A stretch of 64,000 nucleotides of DNA. Origin: Bacillota bacterium (GTDB lineage Bacteria; Bacillota; Clostridia; Christensenellales; SZUA-584). This document shows positions 56,659-64,000 of this stretch, piece by piece. The stretch covers positions 113,321 to 177,320 of the forward strand of contig JAEWTL010000038.1 in NCBI GenBank assembly GCA_023459495.1, written 5' to 3'. The number at the start of each line of letters is the position of its first letter. Position 1 is the first letter of the stretch. A program made the translations under genes and the position numbers. The notes beneath the pieces were generated by a model. The model saw nothing but the letters and a program-made list of their open reading frames with translations, did not search any database and was not told where the DNA came from.

Positions 56659-56769
56659 TTTACTTAAGTCTGGAGCACATACTTCGGGCTTTCCTCATAT
56701 GCAGCTGGCCGGGCTCAGGCGGTGGGCGATGCATGGTGGTGACGGAAAGGAATTGGAGAAGAAATCGAA

Positions 56770-58668
56770 ATGAAAAAAGCAAACTACGCAAGACGGCGCA
56801 AGGTACGTCGTACCGCCCAAACGAGATTTTATATTATTATTGCAGTGCTCGCAGTGGCATTGGCAGTCGGCATATTCTTTATTGTCAAGGCCGTAAACGA
56901 TCAGCCGGGTATAGGCGAGTCGCCCAGTTCATCCGCAACGATTACCCCGCCCGACGCTTCCGATATACCGTCGCAGACGGTCACGCCTACGGAGGAGCCG
57001 ACGCCCACTCCCGCACCGTCGCTCTCGCCCGACCTGATACCCACAGCTTCCGACAAGACCGATCCGTCGTTGTTCGGCTTTGAGACGCATATCTATGTGG
57101 ATGGCGTGGAGCAGGACAGCTATACACGCGAGGGTTCCATCAACTTTAGCTCCGGCGCGGAGTATACCGGACTGCCGGGCGTTACGACCTACCGCGGTAA
57201 CAACTACCGTGACGGCGCTTCCTCCTGGGGCACGGCTGAGATTACAAACGAAACGTTGACGCTGCTCGATATTGATAAAACCACGAGCGCCATTGGGCGC
57301 TGGCGCGGCAGCGCGTGCACCGGCCAGCCGCTCATCGTAACCTGGCCCGATTCCACGCGCAAGATCATGACCTCATTGTACGATGAGTTCCGCAACAGCA
57401 CGCAATACCACGACGACTTTACCGAGGTCATCATCGCTTCGGTGGATGGTAACGTCTATTTCATGGAGCTTTCCACAGGCAAAAAGACCCGCGACCCCAT
57501 CAAGATCGGCTCACCCACCAAAGGTACGCCCTCGCTCGATCCGCGCGGCTGGCCCATCATCTACGTGGGACAAGGCCTCAATCCGGAAGGCAGCGTTACG
57601 GCATGTGATAACATGTATTTCCGTGCGTACAGCCTGATCGACTATACAGAACTGCTGGAAGTGGGCGCGGTCAGCGCAGACCCCACGGCTTACCGCAACT
57701 GGCAGGCCTATGACGCGAGCCCGCTCGTTGATGCGGGGACTGATACGCTCATCTGGCCGGGTGAAAGCGGTGTGCTCTATACCGTCAAGATGAATACGCA
57801 GTATGACGAAGCGGCTGGAACGCTGACGGTGAATCCCGACCCGACCGTCAAATACACGTATACTTCGACCCGAAACCAGGCGACGAAGATCTACGGCATG
57901 GAGAACTCCCCGGTGGGCTGGCGCAACTACCTGTTCTTCACGGACAACATCGGCATGCTGCAATGCGTAAACCTCAACACGATGGAGCTGGTATACGGGA
58001 ACAATCTGGAGAATGACAGTGACGTCTCCATGGTGCTGGAGGAGGATCCAACGGCCCAGCGCGTCTACCTTTACACCGGCTGTGAATACGACGACTCAGC
58101 GGCCCAGTCGGATCAAAGCCACGGCGAATGCTACGCGCGCAAGCTCGACGCCATGACAGGCGATATCATCTGGACCACGCCCTTCCCCATATACACCGCG
58201 ATCGGGGGCAGCGTGGACGGCGGCATCCTTGCCTCGCCTATCCTGGGCAAAGAAGGCACGACGATGGAGGGGCTCATCATCTATACGATATCTTCCGTGA
58301 TCAAGGATGACGGCAAGACGACTGCGATGATGGTCGCTTTGGACAAGAACGACGGCCACATCGTGTGGCAGATCGACCTGTATGAGGATATTCCCGACGA
58401 TGCGGGCTGGACGCCCTCTTCCGCCGCTGCCGTATATACCGCGGACGGCAAAGGCTACATCGTGCAGTGCCTGTTCAAGGGCTACATTAAGCTGATCCGC
58501 GTGGACGGCGCCACGGCAGACGGCGCTGCGGTTGTGGATTCCATTAATGTCAGCGAGGAGTTAGGCACCGACGAGCCCAACAGCTTTGAGGCAACGCCTG
58601 CCGTTTTCGGCAACACCATCGTGGTGGGATCGCGAAGCGGACACTTCTTCTTCCTGACGATAGGCTGA
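56770..58668 (+). CDS. Membrane-anchored PQQ-like beta-propeller repeat protein, paralog 2
   Basis: 632 aa with the same architecture. MKKANYARRRKVRRTAQTR, MVALDKNDGHIVW, FEATPAVFGNTIVVGSRS. Confidence 0.75.
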   Translation: MKKANYARRRKVRRTAQTRFYIIIAVLAVALAVGIFFIVKAVNDQPGIGESPSSSATITPPDASDIPSQTVTPTEEPTPTPAPSLSPDLIPTASDKTDPSLFGFETHIYVDGVEQDSYTREGSINFSSGAEYTGLPGVTTYRGNNYRDGASSWGTAEITNETLTLLDIDKTTSAIGRWRGSACTGQPLIVTWPDSTRKIMTSLYDEFRNSTQYHDDFTEVIIASVDGNVYFMELSTGKKTRDPIKIGSPTKGTPSLDPRGWPIIYVGQGLNPEGSVTACDNMYFRAYSLIDYTELLEVGAVSADPTAYRNWQAYDASPLVDAGTDTLIWPGESGVLYTVKMNTQYDEAAGTLTVNPDPTVKYTYTSTRNQATKIYGMENSPVGWRNYLFFTDNIGMLQCVNLNTMELVYGNNLENDSDVSMVLEEDPTAQRVYLYTGCEYDDSAAQSDQSHGECYARKLDAMTGDIIWTTPFPIYTAIGGSVDGGILASPILGKEGTTMEGLIIYTISSVIKDDGKTTAMMVALDKNDGHIVWQIDLYEDIPDDAGWTPSSAAAVYTADGKGYIVQCLFKGYIKLIRVDGATADGAAVVDSINVSEELGTDEPNSFEATPAVFGNTIVVGSRSGHFFFLTIG

Positions 58669-58678
58669 CCAAACGACG

Positions 58679-58705
58679 AGCCTCCGGCAGGTCCGGGGGC
58701 TTTTT
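58679..58705 (+). terminator. Rho-independent terminator after paralog 2
   Basis: AGCCTCCGG-CAGGT-CCGGGGGCT (one G-U pair) followed by TTTTT. Confidence 0.7.
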
Positions 58706-58801
58706 CTTACGGGCCCCCGAAAAGCGAGCTTTTTGGGCTTACATCCGGAGCATTTCAGGCTAAATATCCGGCGTGATGGCAATACTGCTGAAAGGATCAA
58801 C

Positions 58802-60667
58802 ATGAGGAGAAGGAACTACCACTTGAGAAGACGCCATAAACGAAACCACAGAAGCTACGGGCGCAGAAATCGCGGCCCTGTCATCGCACTGGCAGCGGTG
58901 CTGATTGTTGCGGCTGCAGTCGGCATATTCTTTCTCGTCCGGGCGCTGGGTCCCGGCGGAAACAGCGGCGAGACCGCGTCACAAACCACCGCCTCCGCAC
59001 CGCCCACGCCCACACCCGTACCCTCGCTTGCGCTGAGCCTCGTTCCGCGGGCCACCGATAAGACTGACCCCGCACTGTTCAGCTTCGAGACAGGCATCAT
59101 GGTCGGTACGCAGGAGGTAGACTCGTATACGCGCGAAGAACCTATCAGCTTCGGCTCGGGCGATGAATATACCACGCTACCCGGCATCATCACGTTCCGC
59201 GGCAACAACTACCGCGACATGTCCAGCTACGGCACCGCGACGATTACGGATGAAACGCTTTCGCTGATGCTGACGAAGAATACCATTAATATCGGCAACT
59301 ACGGCGGCTCCGGCTGGACAGGCCAGCCGCTTGTCGTCCAGTGGCCCAAAGAGCTCCGCGAAAAGATGACCACGCTTAAAGAGCCATATCGTTCGCAGGA
59401 TGGCTTCACCGAGGTCATCCTCTGCTCGTTGGACGGCCGCATTTATTTTATGGACCTTGCGACAGGTGACAAGACGCGTGATTTCATTACCATCGGCGCG
59501 CCTACAAAAGGCACGGCCTCGCTCGACCCGCGCGGCTACCCCATCATCTACGTAGGACAGGGGCTGCAGTCGGACGGAAATGCCGATAACTGCAAGAACA
59601 TGTACATGCGCGCCTACAGCCTGATCGACGGCAGCAAGCTCATGGAGATCGGTTATGAGGATGCCGACCCGTTCGCATACCGTTACTGGCAGGCGTACGA
59701 TTCCAGCCCGCTCGTGGACGCCAAGACGGATACTTTGATCTGGCCGGGCGAGAACGGAATACTGTATACCTTTAAGCTGAACTCCAGCTACGACCCCACG
59801 ACGGGCATTGTTGCCATGGCAGCCAACCCGGCCGTGGTGAAATACCGCTATACCTCCCCGCTCAACACCTCGCGCGAAACCGACAAGGGCGGGCGCTGGG
59901 GCACGGAGGACTCCGCCGTGGCGTGGCGCAACTACCTGATGTACACCGACAACGCGGGTGTGCTGCAATGCGTGGATCTGAACACGATGCAGCTCGTTTA
60001 CGCGAATGACCTCGGCAATGACAGCGATGTATCCATGGTACTTGAGGAGGTGCCGGAGGAGCAGCGCGTGTACCTTTATGCGGGCTGCGAGTACGACGAC
60101 GATGTGATGAACACACAGCCGGGCACCGGCCCGTGCTACGCGTACAAGATCGACGCCATGACGGGTGAAATCCTCTGGAAAGTCGCTTTTACCGTGGATT
60201 CAGGCAACTCCAGCGTGGACGGCGGCATCCTTGCCTCCCCCGTGCTGGGCCGCGAAGGCACCACGCTTGAAGGATTAGTGATCTACAACGTTACTCAGGT
60301 GATTTCGGGCGACACCAATACAAGCATACTGGTTGCGATCAACAAGGATACCGGCGAGATTGTCTGGCAATACAGCATGGGAGTTTCGGGGTGGTCGTGC
60401 TCGTCGCCCGTGGCGGTATATTCCGACCGCAAGGATGCCAGCGGCAAAACCATCGCCTACCTCGTGCAGTGCGATATTAGCAGTACGGTCGCGCTGATCC
60501 GCGTGGACGGCGCTGTTGAGAACGGCTACACCCAGGTAGCCAGATTGAACTTAAACGATGAGATCAACGAAACAGGCAATAAATTTGAGGCTACGCCCGC
60601 CATATACGGCAACACAATCGTCATTGCCTCACGAGGCAACCACGTATTCTTTATCAAGATAAACTGA
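58802..60667 (+). CDS. Membrane-anchored PQQ-like beta-propeller repeat protein, paralog 3
   Basis: Start set at MRRRNYHLRRRHKRNHRSYGRRNRGPV (ATG at 58802, AAAGGA upstream), because the track start at 58733 lies in the terminator region. LVAINKDTGEIVW, FEATPAIYGNTIVIASRG. Confidence 0.75.
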   Translation: MRRRNYHLRRRHKRNHRSYGRRNRGPVIALAAVLIVAAAVGIFFLVRALGPGGNSGETASQTTASAPPTPTPVPSLALSLVPRATDKTDPALFSFETGIMVGTQEVDSYTREEPISFGSGDEYTTLPGIITFRGNNYRDMSSYGTATITDETLSLMLTKNTINIGNYGGSGWTGQPLVVQWPKELREKMTTLKEPYRSQDGFTEVILCSLDGRIYFMDLATGDKTRDFITIGAPTKGTASLDPRGYPIIYVGQGLQSDGNADNCKNMYMRAYSLIDGSKLMEIGYEDADPFAYRYWQAYDSSPLVDAKTDTLIWPGENGILYTFKLNSSYDPTTGIVAMAANPAVVKYRYTSPLNTSRETDKGGRWGTEDSAVAWRNYLMYTDNAGVLQCVDLNTMQLVYANDLGNDSDVSMVLEEVPEEQRVYLYAGCEYDDDVMNTQPGTGPCYAYKIDAMTGEILWKVAFTVDSGNSSVDGGILASPVLGREGTTLEGLVIYNVTQVISGDTNTSILVAINKDTGEIVWQYSMGVSGWSCSSPVAVYSDRKDASGKTIAYLVQCDISSTVALIRVDGAVENGYTQVARLNLNDEINETGNKFEATPAIYGNTIVIASRGNHVFFIKIN

Positions 60668-60672
60668 GCCTG

Positions 60673-60701
60673 AAGCCCTCGCAAAAGCGGGGGCTTTTTT
60701 T
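60673..60701 (+). terminator. Rho-independent terminator after paralog 3
   Basis: AAGCCCTCGC-AAAA-GCGGGGGCTT followed by a T-run. Confidence 0.7.
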
Positions 60702-60764
60702 GTATAGCGTGATAAAGTCACGGAAAAACACACAGGATGGTTGTAGGATAGATATTGTGAAAAA

Positions 60765-60980
60765 ATGATCGAAATGGAGAACCTGTCAGTGAAGTTGAAT
60801 GTCATTACACACCGGTGTCCGCAGAACCATCCGTGCCCGTCGTTGCGCGTTTGCCCTACAGGCGCGCTCACGCAGCATGGTTATGATGCGCCGGTGGTGG
60901 ATCAGGAGAAGTGCATCGCCTGCGGGAAGTGTGTACGGTTTTGCCCGATGCAGGCGTTACAATTAGAAGAGGAGAGGTAA
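60765..60980 (+). CDS. Small 4Fe-4S ferredoxin-domain protein
   Basis: 71 aa. CIACGKCVRFCP plus a degenerate first cluster, CPQNHPCPSLRVCP. Its stop lies 4 nt before the next ATG. The RBS is weak, so the start is uncertain. Confidence 0.6.
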   Translation: MIEMENLSVKLNVITHRCPQNHPCPSLRVCPTGALTQHGYDAPVVDQEKCIACGKCVRFCPMQALQLEEER

Positions 60981-60984
60981 TTTT

Positions 60985-63450
60985 ATGCCAAAAAAAGTGG
61001 TCATCGTAGGCGGCGTGGCGGGCGGCGCGAGCTGCGCGGCGCGTCTGAGAAGGCTCGACGAAAGCGCCGAGATCATCATGCTCGAACGGGGGCCGTACAT
61101 ATCCTTTGCCAACTGCGGCTTGCCCTATCACATCGGCGGCGTGATCGGCCAGCGTGAACAGCTGCTGCTGCAGACGCCCGGCTCGTTCCACGCACGCTTT
61201 GGCGTGGATGTGCGCGTAAACAGCGAAGTCACGGCCATCGACCACGAGAAAAAGACCGTCACGGTCAAAAACGAAAGCGGAACGTATACGGAAAGCTACG
61301 ATACGCTCGTACTGTCCACCGGCTCGTCCCCCATCGTGCCGAAGCTGCCCGGCTCGGACGATCCCAGAGTGATGCAGCTGTGGACCATTCCCGACATGGA
61401 CAACATCATCAAAACCATCAACGATAACCATGCGCAGCGCGCTGTGGTGGTGGGCGGTGGTTTCATCGGCATTGAGATGGCAGAGAACCTCGTGGACGCG
61501 GGCCTGTCCGTGACGCTGGTGGAGATGCTCGATCAGGTGATGCCCCCCATTGATTATGAGATGGCGCAGATGCTGCACAAGCACATGGCGGACGCGGGCG
61601 TGGGCCTTGCGCTGGGCGAAGGCGTGGAGCGCTTTGAGGATACCGGCAAGGGGCTTCGCGTCGTCACCTCCAAGCGGAGCATCGAAACCGACCTCGTAAT
61701 ACTCGCCATCGGCGTTCGGCCCAACTCGCAGCTGGCTAAAGACGCCGGGCTTAACCTCAACGCGCGGGGCGGCATCGTGGTCGACGAGTACCTGAAGACC
61801 AGCGACGAGAACATCTATGCCGTGGGCGACGCGGTGGAGACCGAGAATTTTGTGACGCATGAGCGCACCATGATCCCGCTTGCCGGGCCGGCCAACAAGA
61901 TGGGCCGCATGGCGGCGGACAACATCAGCGGCATGAACCGCACCTACAAAGGCACGCAGGGCGCATCGGTCGCCAAGGTGTTCGATATGACCGTGGCCAG
62001 CGTGGGCCTCAATGAGAAGCAGCTGCGCGCCGCGGGCAAGAAGATCAACGAAGACTACAAGGTGACGGTAATGCACCCGCTGTCCAACGCGGGCTACTAC
62101 CCGGGCGGCATGCCGCTGACCTTGAAGGTCATTTTCGACAAGAAGGATGGGCGTATCCTGGGTGCGCAGTCCGTGGGCTACAAGGGTGTGGAGAAGCGCA
62201 TCGACGTAATCTCCACCGCCATGCGTTTTAACGCCACCATATACGACCTTGAGGAGACGGAGCTGTGCTACGCGCCGCCGTATTCCTCCGCGAAGGACCC
62301 GGTCAACATGGCGGGCTTCTCCGGTGCGAACGTGCTGGAAGGAACGGTGGACAACATCACGTTTGGCGAGCTGGCCGACCTGCCCAAGGACACGGTTTTC
62401 CTCGATGTACGCACCGCGCCCGAGGTGCAAATGGGCGCGATCCCCGGCAGCGTGCATGTCCCGGTGGACAGCATGCGCGAGCAGCTTGTCAATCTGGATA
62501 AGAGCAAATCGTACGTGGTCTACTGCGCCGTGGGTATCCGCGCGTACATCGCGTGCCGCATCATGAAGCAGAACGGCTTCAACAACGTGCGCAACCTCGC
62601 GGGCGGTTACACCACCTACCGCGCGGCTTCCGGCAACTACACGCTGAAAACCGCAGAACCCGAAGCGCCCAAGGCTGACAAGAGCAAGCCCATGTCAGCC
62701 GCGGACGACGCGGGCAACACCATCACGGTCAACGCGTGCGGCTTGCAGTGCCCCGGCCCGGTCATCAAGCTCTACGAGGCCATGACGAACGCGGAAAACG
62801 GCGATGTGATCCACATCACGTCCACCGATCCCGGCTTCTTCGCAGACGCGGCGGCATGGTGCTCCCGCACGAAGAACACCTATATGAAGGGTGAAAAGCA
62901 GGAAGACGGCTTCTCGGTCTGGATCAAAAAGGGCTGCGAAGGCGAAAGTGCCACGGCAGGATCGTGTGGCGTGGGCGGCGGCACCGATAAGTCGATGGTC
63001 GTGTTCAGCGGCGACCTTGACAAGGCGCTCGCGAGCTTCATCATTGCCAACGGCGCGGCGGCGATGGGCCGCAAGGTGACGATGTTCTTTACCTTCTGGG
63101 GCCTCAACATCCTGCGGCGGCACGAAAAGGTAAAGGTGCAAAAGTCGTTCATCGAGAAGATGTTCGGCGCGATGATGCCGCGCGGCACAAGCAAGCTCAC
63201 GCTCTCCAAGATGAACATGATGGGCATGGGCTCCGCCATGATGAAGGGCATCATGAAGAAGAAGAACGTGGCGGCGCTGGATGAACTGATTGCGCAGGCC
63301 AAGAAGAACGGCGTGCGGATGGTGGCGTGCACCATGTCCATGGACGTGATGGGCATCCACAAGGAAGAACTGATCGACGGCGTGGACCTGGCGGGCGTGG
63401 CATCCTACCTCGCCGCAGCGGAGAACTCCGACACGAATCTGTTTATATAG
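60985..63450 (+). CDS. Four-domain fusion: CoA-disulfide/persulfide-reductase-like FAD oxidoreductase, rhodanese, TusA/SirA-like and DsrE/DsrF-like domains
   Basis: 821 aa. VVIVGGVAGGASCAARL, SFANCGLPYH, rhodanese YCAVGIRAY, TusA motif CGLQCPGPVIKL, and a DsrE-like tail (MVVFSGDLDKALASFIIANGAAAMG...MVACTMSMDVMGI). Confidence 0.82.
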   Translation: MPKKVVIVGGVAGGASCAARLRRLDESAEIIMLERGPYISFANCGLPYHIGGVIGQREQLLLQTPGSFHARFGVDVRVNSEVTAIDHEKKTVTVKNESGTYTESYDTLVLSTGSSPIVPKLPGSDDPRVMQLWTIPDMDNIIKTINDNHAQRAVVVGGGFIGIEMAENLVDAGLSVTLVEMLDQVMPPIDYEMAQMLHKHMADAGVGLALGEGVERFEDTGKGLRVVTSKRSIETDLVILAIGVRPNSQLAKDAGLNLNARGGIVVDEYLKTSDENIYAVGDAVETENFVTHERTMIPLAGPANKMGRMAADNISGMNRTYKGTQGASVAKVFDMTVASVGLNEKQLRAAGKKINEDYKVTVMHPLSNAGYYPGGMPLTLKVIFDKKDGRILGAQSVGYKGVEKRIDVISTAMRFNATIYDLEETELCYAPPYSSAKDPVNMAGFSGANVLEGTVDNITFGELADLPKDTVFLDVRTAPEVQMGAIPGSVHVPVDSMREQLVNLDKSKSYVVYCAVGIRAYIACRIMKQNGFNNVRNLAGGYTTYRAASGNYTLKTAEPEAPKADKSKPMSAADDAGNTITVNACGLQCPGPVIKLYEAMTNAENGDVIHITSTDPGFFADAAAWCSRTKNTYMKGEKQEDGFSVWIKKGCEGESATAGSCGVGGGTDKSMVVFSGDLDKALASFIIANGAAAMGRKVTMFFTFWGLNILRRHEKVKVQKSFIEKMFGAMMPRGTSKLTLSKMNMMGMGSAMMKGIMKKKNVAALDELIAQAKKNGVRMVACTMSMDVMGIHKEELIDGVDLAGVASYLAAAENSDTNLFI

Positions 63451-63477
63451 CACTAGGGGTATTGGGATAAAGACAGG

Positions 63478-63511
63478 CAGGGCCTCCGGAAATCCGGAGG
63501 CCCTGTTTTTT
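63478..63511. terminator. Strong bidirectional rho-independent terminator
   Basis: CAGGGCCTCCGGA-AA-TCCGGAGGCCCTG followed by TTTTTT, with an A-rich stretch on the other side. It lies between convergent genes. Confidence 0.85.
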
Positions 63512-63527
63512 CGCTAACGAATAAGTA

Positions 63528-64000
63528 TTAATCATTAACTATATTAAGCACTCGTCTATAGCTAGGATGTATTTCCCATTTTTGTGTTAAGTCCAAATTT
63601 ATATCGTTTTCGAGAAAATCAGGTCTATCTTCAAATCTTAGAAAGCTTCCATTTGGGCTATCTTTTGTAGAAATAAACCCGATACGAAATAGAAAATTTG
63701 CTACACCCAAATTATTAACATTCGTTTTAACTCCGTCTATCTGTAGATTTTCTATTTTATTTATTATATTAATATTGATAAATTCCAATAAATCTTTTAG
63801 TGAGTAGGTAGTTCTACCATGAGCAAACGTATGGATTAATTTCTCCAATGCATTACATTGATGATTATGTTCATTATATAAATCCTTTAGCCGCTCTGTT
63901 CCATAATTGAACATAGAACCATTAATATCTTTTACATCTATAACTTCTTTATCGTTTTTGCTGGCATGCTGAGCCGCTAGTTTACATAATACAGTAGCCC
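63528..64000 (-). CDS. Hypothetical protein, C-terminal part only, AT-rich; the reading frame stays open to the right window edge
   Basis: The track lists 63528..63914 from an internal Met. My translation upstream of it (…ATVLCKLAAQHASKNDKEVIDVKDINGS-MFNYG…) has no stop up to position 64000. I recognise no family. Confidence 0.5.
   Translation of the reverse strand, partial: ATVLCKLAAQHASKNDKEVIDVKDINGSMFNYGTERLKDLYNEHNHQCNALEKLIHTFAHGRTTYSLKDLLEFININIINKIENLQIDGVKTNVNNLGVANFLFRIGFISTKDSPNGSFLRFEDRPDFLENDINLDLTQKWEIHPSYRRVLNIVND

Noticed and set aside
1-64000. Scan for CRISPR arrays, tRNA/rRNA genes, transposases, integrases, or inverted-repeat-bounded mobile elements.
   Set aside because: I noticed no regularly spaced direct repeats, no cloverleaf-like or rRNA-like conserved stretches, and no DDE, tyrosine-recombinase or serine-recombinase motifs in any frame. 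The two AT-rich islets lack visible flanking repeats. tRNAscan-SE, Infernal and ISEScan would be the formal checks.

Overview
GC-rich, densely coding chromosomal window that looks Firmicutes/Clostridia-like (type-2 GalT, split transketolase, four-subunit 2-oxoacid:ferredoxin oxidoreductase, GGAGG ribosome-binding sites). The species cannot be named from sequence alone. I saw no rRNA, tRNA, CRISPR array, transposase or integrase. From 1 to 42.6 kb almost everything is on the minus strand. This part holds: (i) the Leloir genes galK-galE-galT, directly downstream of an arabinogalactan/arabinan-type glycan utilisation locus (sugar ABC transporter, GH43, secreted BNR-propeller/ricin-B/CBM42 protein, GH2, SGNH esterase, DUF624, MsmK-like ATPase, divergent ArsR-type regulator); (ii) ackA, a lipoate-dependent 2-oxoacid dehydrogenase complex (E1 alpha/beta, E2, E3) and a porGDAB-type ferredoxin oxidoreductase; (iii) a roughly 17 kb SorC-headed gene string. 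That string joins a Liv-type (amino-acid-type) ABC importer to polyol/pentulose enzymes (FGGY kinase, two Zn-dehydrogenases, TIM-barrel isomerase/epimerase, class II aldolase/epimerase, split transketolase), with a Cys/Met-family PLP enzyme and a CoA-disulfide-reductase-rhodanese plus C_GCAxxG_C_C pair embedded in it. From 43 kb onward genes are mostly on the plus strand: ilvB-ilvN-ridA, an AT-rich orphan gene, HDOD (minus), YitT, an ABC-F ATPase with a 3-codon leader ORF, GNAT, a Pro-rich zinc-ribbon membrane protein, cinA (minus), an orphan type-I binding lipoprotein, three tandem diverged paralogs of a membrane-anchored PQQ-like beta-propeller protein, a small ferredoxin plus a four-domain CoADR-rhodanese-TusA-DsrE fusion, and an AT-rich partial gene at the right edge. 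The best novelty candidates are the sugar/sulfur hybrid operon (25.9-42.6 kb) and the propeller triplet with its orphan lipoprotein (53.4-60.7 kb). All functional calls come from motif recognition by eye; no database search was possible.
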